Positions 1 to 9,000 of a stretch of DNA of 37,896 nt are shown in pieces (positions within the stretch are counted from its first letter, which is position 1; every line of letters begins with the position of its first letter). This stretch comes from an uncultured Clostridia bacterium (lineage in GTDB: Bacteria > Bacillota > Clostridia > Christensenellales > CAG-1252). Under the pieces are notes generated by a model, which was given only the letters and a program-made list of their open reading frames with translations, did not search any database and had not been told where the DNA came from. The stretch is taken from positions 1-37,896 of the forward strand of contig CAMOUZ010000001.1 of the NCBI GenBank assembly GCA_946626795.1. The letters are read 5' to 3'. Both the position numbers and the translations under genes were made by a program.

Positions 1-2
1 AT

Positions 3-866
3 ATCGACCTCGTGCGCTCCCTCGACATCGTCGAGGACGTAAAGCGCATCCAAGAGCCTTTCAAGATGGCGAATCGGAAGTTCCACCCCGAAGACACCGT
101 CGTGAAAGTGGGCGGTCTCACGATCGGCGGCGGGAGCTTCCATTACATCGCGGGGCCCTGCTCCGTGGAGAGCGAGAAGCAGATCATCGAGGTGGCGGCG
201 GCAGTGAAAGAGGCGGGCGCCACGATTCTGAGAGGGGGCGCTTTCAAGCCGAGGACCTCGCCGTATGCCTTCCAAGGCTTGCGGGAAGAGGGCATTCGCC
301 TGCTCCTTCGCGCGAAAGAGGAGACGGGTCTCCCCATCGTGACCGAGATCATGAGCGAGACGCATATCGACCTTTTCCGCGACGTGGATATCGTTCAGAT
401 CGGCGCTCGCGACATGCAGAATTTCGAACTTTTGAAGGCGGTGGGGAAGATGGGCAAGCCCGTCGTCCTGAAACGCGGCATCGCCGCCACCATTCAGGAA
501 TGGCTGATGAGCGCGGAATACCTCATGAGCGAGGGATGCCATGACATCGTGCTCTGCGAGCGCGGCATCCGCACCTATGAGACCTATACGAGAAACACCT
601 TGGACATCAGCGCGGTGCCCGTTCTGAAAGAGCTCACGCATCTTCCCGTCATCGTGGATCCCTCCCACGCGAGCGGCGTGGCGAGGCTGGTGAAGCCCCT
701 TGCGAAAGCGAGCGCGGCGGCGGGCGCGGACGGCGTGATGATCGAAGTGCATAACGATCCGCCGAGAGCCCTCTGCGACGGCGCGCAGTCTCTCCGCCCG
801 GAGCAATTCCGCGACGTGGTCACGGAAGTGAATAAAGTCATCGCGGCGGTGGGGAAGAGGATATGA
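3..866 (+). CDS. aroF: 3-deoxy-7-phosphoheptulonate (DAHP) synthase, class I-beta; 5' end cut by window edge
   Basis: The frame-3 ORF is open to the window edge. The translation has DAHPS/KDO8PS-family motifs [47 protein letters not shown] and VDPSHA. The first residues resemble the linker after the N-terminal regulatory domain of Thermotoga-type DAHPS, so the true start is probably upstream. The stop overlaps the tyrA start (ATGA). Confidence 0.9.
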   Translation: MDLVRSLDIVEDVKRIQEPFKMANRKFHPEDTVVKVGGLTIGGGSFHYIAGPCSVESEKQIIEVAAAVKEAGATILRGGAFKPRTSPYAFQGLREEGIRLLLRAKEETGLPIVTEIMSETHIDLFRDVDIVQIGARDMQNFELLKAVGKMGKPVVLKRGIAATIQEWLMSAEYLMSEGCHDIVLCERGIRTYETYTRNTLDISAVPVLKELTHLPVIVDPSHASGVARLVKPLAKASAAAGADGVMIEVHNDPPRALCDGAQSLRPEQFRDVVTEVNKVIAAVGKRI

Positions 867-1702
867 TAAAGAAGATCGGGATCGTCGGGCTCGGGCTGAT
901 GGGCGCAAGCTTCGGCAGGCTCCTCGTGCAGAGGGGATATGAAGTGTTCGGCGCGGACAGAGATGCCGCCGTGATGGCGCGGGCGCTTATGGCGAAGGCG
1001 TATATCGAGCCTTTGACGGAGGAGACGGCGAAAGAGCTTGATCTTCTCGTCGTCGCCATTTTTCCGCGCGATTTCAAGGCGGCGGCGGAAAGATATCTTC
1101 CCTTCCTCAAAAAAGGCGCGATCCTCTCCGACTTTTGCGGGAATAAGCGCATCGTCGTTCGCGCGATGAAGGAGCTCAGAGAAAAATATTCTGAGGTCGT
1201 GTATTGCGGCGGGCATCCCATGGCGGGCAGAGAATACAGCGGCGTGGAGCATTCCTCCGTGCGCCTCTTCGAGAATGCCTCGATGATCCTCGTGCCCGTG
1301 ACGGAGGACCTCTTTGTCCTCTCGGAATTGAAGAAATTTTATCTTTCGTTGGGCTTCGGCGAAGTGGTGGTCACCACCCCCGAGAAGCATGACGAGATGA
1401 TCGCTTATACTTCGCAGCTCTGCCACGTCGTGAGCAATGCTTTCATCAAGAGCGAGACGGCGAGGCGGCACGGCGGCTATTCCGCAGGAAGCTATAAGGA
1501 TCTCACCCGTGTGGCGAGGCTGAATCCCGCAATGTGGTCGGAGCTGATGGAGGACAATCGGGACTATCTCAAAGCGGAGCTCGATCTTCTCATCGGGAAT
1601 TTGGAAAAATACAGAGACGCCCTTGCCTCGGGAGACGAAGCGGAGCTTCGCTCGCTTCTCGCGGAAGGGGATAAGATCAAGCGGGAGATCGATAAAAGAT
1701 GA
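863..1702 (+). CDS. tyrA: prephenate dehydrogenase
   Basis: 279-aa ORF with a Rossmann motif ([10 protein letters not shown]) plus GGHPMAG and [13 protein letters not shown] motifs. Both ends overlap the neighbouring genes by ATGA. Confidence 0.85.
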   Translation: MIKKIGIVGLGLMGASFGRLLVQRGYEVFGADRDAAVMARALMAKAYIEPLTEETAKELDLLVVAIFPRDFKAAAERYLPFLKKGAILSDFCGNKRIVVRAMKELREKYSEVVYCGGHPMAGREYSGVEHSSVRLFENASMILVPVTEDLFVLSELKKFYLSLGFGEVVVTTPEKHDEMIAYTSQLCHVVSNAFIKSETARRHGGYSAGSYKDLTRVARLNPAMWSELMEDNRDYLKAELDLLIGNLEKYRDALASGDEAELRSLLAEGDKIKREIDKR

Positions 1703-2937
1703 GCGACGCGCGGATATTTCCTTCCCCTTTAAAAGGACGGGTCGCGGCGGTGCCCTCCAAGTCCTACGCCCATCGTCTGCTCATCGCGGCGGCGCTTTCG
1801 AGCGGAAGTCTCGCCTTTGGCGAGTCGGATGACTCGTTCCGCACGGCGAAAGGGCTTCAAGAGCTGGGCTTCGAGGCGACTTTTACGGGGCATCACGTTT
1901 GTTACGGCGCTTTCCGACCCTCCGCGGAGGAGAAGATCGTCCATGTGGGCGAGAGCGGGAGCACCTTGCGTTTTCTTCTTCCTTTGGCGGCGGCGCTCGG
2001 CGTGAAAGCGACTTTTGTGAGAGAGGGCAGGCTTGCGGAACGTCCGATGGGCGCGCTGACCGAGACGCTTCGGGCGCATGGCGCGGAGGCGGACGGAGGA
2101 AGCACCTGCGGGGCGCTCACGGCGGGCAGATACGAGATCGACGCGACGGTGAGTTCGCAGTACGTCACGGGGCTTTTGATGGCGCTCCCCCTTCTCGAAG
2201 GCGAGAGCGAGATCGTCCTAAAAGGACGAATGGTTTCCGCGCCTTACGTGGAGATCACCTTGGAAGTGCTCGAAAAGTCGGGGATAAAGATCCGCCGTAC
2301 GGCGGAAGGTTTCCTCGTCGCGGGGAAGCAGAAGTATCATTTGACGGAGAGCCGCGTGCCCGGGGATTTCTCGGGAGCGGCGTTTTATCTCGTCGCGGGG
2401 GCGCTCGGCGAGGGCGTCGAAGTGACGGGGCTGGACCTCTCTTCCGCGCAAGGGGATAAAGCGGTCCTGGACGTTATCCGAGAGGCGGGGGCGGAAGTCT
2501 CCCCCCGAGAGGACGCGGTGAAGGTGAAAGGCGGCGATCTCCGCGCATTCCGCGTGGACCTCGGCGGCATCCCCGATCTTGCGCCCATCCTCTCCGTTCT
2601 CGCGGCGTTCGCCAAAGGCGAAAGCGTCTTCGAGAAGGTGGGAAGACTGCGGGATAAAGAGAGCGACAGGCTCTTAGCGATCCGCGATATGCTATGGCAG
2701 GCGGGGATCGAGACGAGAGAGGAAGAAGACGCTCTTTTCATCCGCGGCGGGAAGCCGAGAGGCGGCGTTTTCGAGAGCTTCGCCGATCACAGAATGTGTA
2801 TGTCGGCGGCGGTGCTCGCAAGTTTTGCGGAGGGTGAAAGCCGCGTGAAAGAAGCGGAATCGGTGAAAAAATCCTATCCTTCTTTTTGGGAGGATTTTAT
2901 AAAAGCGGGAGGACGATATGAAATGGAGAGGAGATAA
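1699..2937 (+). CDS. aroA: 3-phosphoshikimate 1-carboxyvinyltransferase (EPSP synthase)
   Basis: 412-aa ORF with PSKSYAHR near the N terminus, a GESGSTLRF loop and DHRMCMSAAVLA near the C terminus. ATGA overlap with tyrA and a 20-nt overlap with aroC. Confidence 0.9.
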   Translation: MSDARIFPSPLKGRVAAVPSKSYAHRLLIAAALSSGSLAFGESDDSFRTAKGLQELGFEATFTGHHVCYGAFRPSAEEKIVHVGESGSTLRFLLPLAAALGVKATFVREGRLAERPMGALTETLRAHGAEADGGSTCGALTAGRYEIDATVSSQYVTGLLMALPLLEGESEIVLKGRMVSAPYVEITLEVLEKSGIKIRRTAEGFLVAGKQKYHLTESRVPGDFSGAAFYLVAGALGEGVEVTGLDLSSAQGDKAVLDVIREAGAEVSPREDAVKVKGGDLRAFRVDLGGIPDLAPILSVLAAFAKGESVFEKVGRLRDKESDRLLAIRDMLWQAGIETREEEDALFIRGGKPRGGVFESFADHRMCMSAAVLASFAEGESRVKEAESVKKSYPSFWEDFIKAGGRYEMERR

Positions 2938-3964
2938 GATCGCGTTCGAGGTCTATGGGACGTCGCATGCGCCCGAGGTGGGCGTGATCGCAAAAGGCGT
3001 GCCCGACTTGCCTTGGGACGAGGCGGCGCTTCGCCGTTTTCTCGATAGGAGACGGGCGAAAAATGCCGTGTATTCCACAAAGAGGATGGAGGCGGACGTC
3101 CCCGTCATCGAGAGGAAAGGGGAGGAGCTCCGCGCCGTGATTCGCAATGAGAACGTGCGCAGCGGGGATTATTCCGAGCTCTATGGCATTCCCCGTCCTT
3201 CGCACGCCGATTACGCGGCGCATCTTATGGACGGGAGGCTGGATTTTTCGGGCGGCGGCGAATTCAGCGGCAGGCTCACGGCGCCTCTTTGCGTGCTCGG
3301 CGGGATCGCGAAAGAGATCTTGCGCGGCGCGGGCGTGAAAGTCTCCGCTTGGGTCAGCGAGATCGGCGGCGTCAAGGGCGTCAGCTATAAAGACGGGATC
3401 TCGGAGGCGGCGCTCTCCTGCGGAGAAAGGGGGAAATGGACCCCCGCAAAGGAAGAAGAAATGCTTTCTGTCATTGAGGGCGCGGCGGCGGAAAAGGACT
3501 CTGTCGGCGGCAGGGTGGAATGCGCCGTCATCGGGCTTGCGGGCGCGGTGGGCGGCGGCTCTTTCGGCTCTTTGGAAGGGAAGATCGCCTCGCTTTTATA
3601 TCTCGTTCCCGCCGTGAAAGCGGTGGAATTCGGGCTGGGCTTCGGCTTTGCTTCCGCTTTCGGTTCGGAGGCGAATGATCCCCTGCGCATGGAAAAAGGC
3701 GAGGTGCTGATCGTGAAGAACGACGCGGGCGGCATTAACGGCGGCTTGTCCAACGGAAATCCCGTCACGCTCGGCGTCGCCGTCCGTCCCACCCCGTCCA
3801 TCGGACGGAAACAAGACTCCGTGGACCTCGTGAAAAAGGAGAATGCGGAGATCGAGATCAAGGGCAGACATGATGCTTGCATCGTGCCGCGCGTCGTTCC
3901 CGTTGTGGAGGCGGCGGTATCCATCGCGGTGTTGGACGCAATGCTCGAAGGAGGAAGATTATGA
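2918..3964 (+). CDS. aroC: chorismate synthase
   Basis: 348-aa ORF with GGAGG 5 nt upstream of ATG 2918. Motifs GTSHAPEVG, RPSHADY and GRHDACIVPRVVPVVEA. Confidence 0.9.
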   Translation: MKWRGDKIAFEVYGTSHAPEVGVIAKGVPDLPWDEAALRRFLDRRRAKNAVYSTKRMEADVPVIERKGEELRAVIRNENVRSGDYSELYGIPRPSHADYAAHLMDGRLDFSGGGEFSGRLTAPLCVLGGIAKEILRGAGVKVSAWVSEIGGVKGVSYKDGISEAALSCGERGKWTPAKEEEMLSVIEGAAAEKDSVGGRVECAVIGLAGAVGGGSFGSLEGKIASLLYLVPAVKAVEFGLGFGFASAFGSEANDPLRMEKGEVLIVKNDAGGINGGLSNGNPVTLGVAVRPTPSIGRKQDSVDLVKKENAEIEIKGRHDACIVPRVVPVVEAAVSIAVLDAMLEGGRL

Positions 3965-4218
3965 CGGACCTTACGAAAATGAGAGAAGAGATCGATCGCA
4001 TTGACGCGGAGATCGTGCCCTTATTGCGGGAGCGTTTCGCCGTCGTCAGGAAGATCGGCGCGGCGAAGAAAGAGGCGGGGCTCCCCGTCTTCAATCCCGA
4101 GCGCGAGAAAGCCGTCTTGGAGAAGATCTCGGCGAAGGCGGAGACGGAGGAGGAAAAAAAGGCGCTTTGCGCGGTGTATCTCAGCATCATGACCGCCGCC
4201 AAAGAACTCGAAAAATAA
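3961..4218 (+). CDS. chorismate mutase, AroQ class (85 aa)
   Basis: Helical AroQ pattern MREEIDRIDAEIVPLLRERFAVVRKIGAAKK..PVFNPEREKAVLEKI. I start it at ATG 3961 (ATGA overlap with the aroC stop). The ORF-track start at 3877 lies inside aroC. Confidence 0.8.
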   Translation: MTDLTKMREEIDRIDAEIVPLLRERFAVVRKIGAAKKEAGLPVFNPEREKAVLEKISAKAETEEEKKALCAVYLSIMTAAKELEK

Positions 4219-4270
4219 AAAATTCCGCTTTGCGAAATCGAAAAACGCTTTTTGTAAAATTTCCGTAAAA

Positions 4271-4303
4271 AAAGATCTCGGCGAGCGCCGAGATCTTTCT
4301 TTA
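4271..4303. terminator. bidirectional rho-independent terminator between convergent genes
   Basis: Perfect 12-bp stem aaagatctcggc (4271-4282) / gccgagatcttt (4287-4298) with loop gagc. An A-run lies on the left and a T-rich run on the right. Confidence 0.75.
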
Positions 4304-4325
4304 TGCCGTGATATCCGAAAAGAAA

Positions 4326-4751
4326 TTACTCGCAGATGTGTTTCAAGAGAGCGTATTCCTCACGCGTGACTTTATCGTCGCTGACGAGCAAGCAGAGCCC
4401 GAAAAGGCAGATGTAATATTTAAGCTCGGCGTCGAGCGCGTCGATAAAAGCGTCCATCGCCGCGACAAATCGGGGATCGGCGCCGCCGTTGGAGAAATCG
4501 AAGAACTCGTCATAGGACATGTCCGTAAATTCGTAAATGTCGTTGATCAGGCAATATTCCTCTTGCGAGCATTTCCTGTCCGCGCTGACGAAAAGGCGGA
4601 TGCAGTCACAGATCTTGCCGCTTGCCATCTCTTCGCTGAATCCGATCGCGAAGAGCCCGTTGCAGATCTCTTCCACGCATTTCTTGCCGAGCGTCACTTT
4701 TTGGTCGTAATTCAGGTCGATCGTCGTGAGTATCATTTCATCCAAATTCAT
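4326..4751 (-). CDS. hypothetical protein, possibly TerB-like (141 aa)
   Basis: GGAGG 7 nt upstream of the ATG. Two copies of a (A/D)D(R/K)x(S/T)xEEYxL pattern (SADRKCSQEEYCL, SDDKVTREEYALL) are reminiscent of TerB/DjlA-N type domains. The composition is protein-like, unlike the overlapping + strand ORF. Confidence 0.6.
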   Translation of the reverse strand: MNLDEMILTTIDLNYDQKVTLGKKCVEEICNGLFAIGFSEEMASGKICDCIRLFVSADRKCSQEEYCLINDIYEFTDMSYDEFFDFSNGGADPRFVAAMDAFIDALDAELKYYICLFGLCLLVSDDKVTREEYALLKHICE

Positions 4752-4779
4752 AGATATCCTCCGAAACGGGACTACATTT

Positions 4780-4809
4780 ATGATACAGGATTTTTACAAA
4801 TCTTGTAAA
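4780..4809 (-). promoter_or_regulatory. candidate promoter of the 4326-4751 gene
   Basis: The minus strand reads TTTACA-18 nt-TATCAT. The -35 lies in a 7-bp inverted repeat, TTTACAA-atc-TTGTAAA (4793-4809). Confidence 0.4.
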
Positions 4810-4936
4810 GGAATTTTACGGAGAAATCACCATGCGTCCGAAGCGCGGAGAAAAAAGCTCTTTCGGAAAGGGAATTTTCGCTTTGCTTCGGGCGGCAAAA
4901 AGGCGTCTTTTCGCCCCGTCTCGCTTTTGTGGCGTT

Positions 4937-4976
4937 CAAGGGCGCGTCAAGGGACTTTTTAGGGGGAAAACAAGGG
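4937..4976 (+). promoter_or_regulatory. phased direct repeats CAAGGG x3 plus TAGGGG (period 11-12 bp)
   Basis: Hexamers start at 4937, 4948, 4960 and 4971, about 34 nt upstream of the -35 at 5010. A similar array occurs at 19978-20005. Confidence 0.45.
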
Positions 4977-5009
4977 GGAATGCGGGCGCGAAAACCCTCT
5001 TGCGGAGCA

Positions 5010-5038
5010 TTGACGGGCGCGCCGAAACGTGTTATACT
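5010..5038 (+). promoter_or_regulatory. candidate sigma-A promoter of the 5086 gene
   Basis: TTGACG (5010-5015), a 17-nt spacer, then TATACT (5033-5038) preceded by TGT (extended -10). Confidence 0.55.
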
Positions 5039-5085
5039 GACCGCAGACGTCGGCGGGAGATCTTCCGCTTCGTCGGGAGGAAAGA

Positions 5086-5832
5086 ATGAAAAAGTTTCTC
5101 AGCATCCTTGCTTTTTGCGTCGCCGCGGTCTTTACGCTCATCGGCGCGGTGGCGATCTTGAAGACGGGGCAGACCGCCATCGGGATCGCGCTGCTCGTCG
5201 GCGCGGGGCTTTTCTTGGCGCTCGGCATTTTCGTTCGGAAAAAGAGGCGCAGACGCGCTTCCAAGCCGCGCGGAAAGAGGAGCGTTCCCCGTAAGGCTCC
5301 GAAGCCCAAGACCTCTTCGACGGGAAGAAGGGCTCCGGTTACGCCCGTGCGCCCCGAAAAGAAGGAACCGAAGAAGCCCATAGCTCCCAAGCCCGAGCCG
5401 AAGAAAGAGGAGCCCGAGGAAAAGCAGCCTTCGTCGAAAAACGCGGCGGAGCCGAAGCGTCCTTCCGAGCCGAAGACGCCGCAAGCGGCGCCCCTCCCCA
5501 AGCCCGCGCCGAAGGAAGAAAAGAAGGACGTCGCCACTATGGTGAGAGAGCTCGTGGAGAGCTGCAAAGACGGCTATGCATATGAGTCGAATAGCGGCAT
5601 CGCAAAGATAAAAGAGACCGCTCTCACGGAGACGGAGGAGGGACGTTATACGATCGAGCTCGTCGTCGAGATTTCTTTCTTCCAAGGCAAGCTCGCAGAC
5701 GAAAACGCCACCAAGGCGGAGACAAATCGCGTCATCGGCGCGGTCAATGAGAAGATCAAGTGGCTGAAAACCCGTGTCGAGAAACTCGGCGGGGAAGCGG
5801 AGATTACCGCGCAGTACGATTTCAACGAGTAA
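5086..5832 (+). CDS. membrane protein with Lys/Pro-rich linker (248 aa)
   Basis: GGGAGGAAAG RBS. Two N-terminal hydrophobic helices, then RKKRRRR and about 100 aa of KP/EP-rich low complexity, then a globular C-terminal domain. Confidence 0.75.
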   Translation: MKKFLSILAFCVAAVFTLIGAVAILKTGQTAIGIALLVGAGLFLALGIFVRKKRRRRASKPRGKRSVPRKAPKPKTSSTGRRAPVTPVRPEKKEPKKPIAPKPEPKKEEPEEKQPSSKNAAEPKRPSEPKTPQAAPLPKPAPKEEKKDVATMVRELVESCKDGYAYESNSGIAKIKETALTETEEGRYTIELVVEISFFQGKLADENATKAETNRVIGAVNEKIKWLKTRVEKLGGEAEITAQYDFNE

Positions 5833-5852
5833 TATTTTCTTTGCAAAAGCCC

Positions 5853-5909
5853 GGTTTCCCCGCGCGAATCTTTCTTGCTCACAAGAAAGAAGGTGCGGGA
5901 AACCTTTTT
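5853..5909 (+). terminator. rho-independent terminator
   Basis: Long hairpin with an outer stem ggtttccc(c)gc / gcgggaaacc and an inner stem tctttcttg / caagaaaga (loop ctca), followed by TTTTT. Confidence 0.7.
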
Positions 5910-6055
5910 GTCTCGCGAAGCGTCACAATCGATTGACCTCTTCTCTTTTGATATGTTATGGTATAGAATGTAGTATCCGAGCGGGCGCGCTCGCTCGGGC
6001 GCATTCCGTCGATGGGCGCTTGCCCGATATCATGTCGGCGGAAGACAGGAGATCC

Positions 6056-9000
6056 ATGGAAAAAAGAAGACTGTGGAAGATCGGAATCATCGTGGTGTTT
6101 GCGGTACTCGCCGTTTTGACGTTCGTCGCTTGCGGTACGAAGACCTGCTCGCACGAATGGAGCGACTACACCGTGACGAAAGCCGCCACCTGTTCGGAAG
6201 AAGGCGTGAAAACGCGGACGTGCGGTAAGTGCGGCGCGGTGGAAACGCTGGCGATCGCCGTGGACGAGAACGCTCACGATTGGGGCGAATGGCAGGTCGT
6301 GACGCCCGCCACGACGGAAGCGGAGGGCGTGAAAGAGCGCGTCTGTAAGCATAATGCGCAGCACGTCGAACGCGGCACGGTGGATAAGCTCCCCGCAGAA
6401 GGCGGAGACCAAGGCTCGGGCGATCAAAACCAAGGCTCGGGTGATCAGCAAGGTAGCGGAGACCAAGGACAAGGCGGCTCCGGCGACCAGAATCAAGGTT
6501 CGGGCGAAGAAGGACAGGGCTCCGGCAGTCAGCAAGATCCCGTGGACGCCCACGTGCATAGCTACACCGTGCAAAAAGCGGAGAGCGCATATCTCGCTTC
6601 TTCCGCCACTTGTACGACCCCCGCGAAGTATTATTATTCCTGCGCTTGCGGCGAGAAGAGCGGCAATACTTTCTCTTGGGGCGAGACCGCCGCGCATGCG
6701 TACGTGGCGGATCTAACGAAATCCACGGCGGCAGACTGTGAGAATGCGGGCGAGACCGTTTCCGTTTGCAGCAATTGTAATGCGGAGAAGAGAGAGCCGG
6801 TAGCGGCGCTGACGCACGATTATTCGCAGTGGACGCCCGTTACCCCCGCCGGATGTATGACCAAGGGCGAGCAGAAGAGAGAATGCTCTCGCTGCCATCA
6901 CGAGGAGACGGAAGAGCTCTCCGCGCTCGGTCACGCTTGGAATAAAGCGGCGGTCACTTGTACGGAGGGACGCGAATGTACGCGTTGCGAAGAGAAAGAG
7001 AATGCGCTCGGGCATAACTATCAAGAGACGGTCTCCGCGGCGGCGTCTTGCGGCGCGGAAGGAAGGATCGTCCGCGTCTGTCGGAACTGCCAAGACGAGA
7101 TCATAGACGTCTTGCCCGCGACGGGCGAGCACGAGAGCGACGGCGTCTGGGTGAAAGTAGATCCCGTCTTGAAAGACGGCACGACCTGCACGTATATTAC
7201 CCGTTCCGTGAGCCATTGCTCGATCTGCGAAGCTGAGATCGTCCAAACGGAAGAATCTTATAAGCACACCTATGCGGTCTCCATCGAGACCAAGGCAAAA
7301 TGTAATGCCTCGGGCGAGAAGAAATACACTTGTTCCGCATGCGATCATTCTTATACGGTCACGTACGACGACGCGGAAGCGCATGCTTGGGACGACGGCG
7401 TGAAAAACGGAAACGTCACCACCTATACTTGCGGAAATTGTTCGCAGACCAGAACTGCGATGTCTTACGAAGAGGAGGAAGAACAGACTGTCTCCGCCGA
7501 GGATCTCGGCGCGGCGGGCGCCATCGACCTCAAAGACGCGTCCATCACCTTCGACGAAGACGCGAAGGCGGCGCTCGGCACGGGCGACGTCACCCTCTCC
7601 GCTACGGCGAATACGGCAGAGGATCTTTCCATCCGAGATGAAAACATTCCGTCAGACGCCAAAGTCTATAATATCACGATGACCACGACGGAGCAGTCCG
7701 AAGGCGTGCACGCGCTGAACGGAAGGGTCACGGTCCGCGTGCCCTATGAGCTCGCGGAAGGCGCCGACCCCGAGAACGTGGACGTTTATTATATCTATAC
7801 GGTGGAAGAGAATGGCGTCGAAGTGACAAAGCTCGAAACGATGAACGCCCGTTATTCCGACGGATACGCTTATTTCGAGACCGATCACTTCTCCTATTAT
7901 TCCGTGACCTATCTCACGCCCAAACAGCGTTGCCAGAAATACGGCCACAGCAATGAAGAAAGAACGGTCAAGGCGAAGACCTGTACTTTGGACGGCTATG
8001 AATGCTATGTCTGTCAGCGTTGCGGCGAAGTTCGTTTCGTGGTGACGGAAGCGCTGAAAGCGACGGGACACGAACTGTCCGAGACCGTGGTTCCCGCTTC
8101 CTGCGTGACGAACGGCAGTAAGACGGTCACCTGCGCGAACTGTAATTATCGTCGCGTAGAGACGCTTTTCGCCACGGGTCATAACTACGTGAAGAACGAA
8201 GAAAAGAGCAGCGCGGCTTCTTGTAGCGCGGCGGGCAAGACCTATTACGTCTGTACGATCTGCGCGGACGAATATTATAAGACCGAAGCGCAGCTCGCGC
8301 ATGCTTTCGAGGCGGAGACCGTGGCGGCGGGCTGTCTGACCGGCGGTTATACCCTCTATACTTGTTCGACTTGCGGATATTCTTATAAGGACGCGATCAC
8401 GAAGGCCCTGGGGCATAATTACAAGGAGGAGAATCACGCAAAGACCTGTACGGAGGACGGCTATGTGCTTCATACCTGTCTGCGCTGCGGAGACAATTAT
8501 AAAGATCAGATCGTGCCGAAGGGGCATGTCTGGAATCTCGCCGAGCCGAACTGCGGTCAGGGACAGGTCTGTCTCGTCTGCGGAGCGGAAGGGCTTCCCG
8601 CGACGGGCGAGCACGTGATGAAGAACGGCGTCTGTACGGTCTGCGGACAGGGCTGCGAACACGCTTTGACGAGCGTCACCGTGCTCCCGACTTGCGTTTC
8701 GGAGGGCTATACTCTCGTGACCTGCTCCAAATGCGGTTACAGTGAGAAGAAGGACATCACCGCTGCGACGGGCATCCATACCTATCTTGACGGTGCTTGC
8801 ACGATCTGCGGCGCGAAAGAGCCCGTTTTGACGACGTATTATTTCACTGTTTTGCAAAATCTTGCTTCTCAGCCGCTGTATTTCCATATCGACGAGCTTG
8901 CGATGAAAGCGAGTCTTCCCGTGAACGGCGAAGGCATTCCCGTGCAATATATCTCCAATTATAAGATGAAGAACGCGGAATTTACCCTCCTGAGAAATGA

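Noticed and set aside
584-1471. Antisense ORFs over housekeeping genes and over the third giant gene and regulator (584-1471, 15917-17455, 18003-18605, 20401-21303, 31881-32636, 32676-34058, 36742-37347 and similar)
   Set aside because: Each lies opposite a CDS with clear family motifs and an RBS. They are mirror-frame ORFs allowed by the codon bias and show no independent start signals.
4308-4808. 166-aa + strand ORF overlapping the 4326-4751 minus-strand gene
   Set aside because: It has no RBS and a shadow-type composition. The minus-strand ORF has GGAGG at correct spacing and protein-like sequence.
5774-6055. N-terminal 94-codon extension of the giant ORF in the ORF track
   Set aside because: The extension overlaps the 3' end of the upstream gene, its terminator hairpin and the promoter region. 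The lipoprotein signal peptide and an AGGAG RBS begin at 6056.
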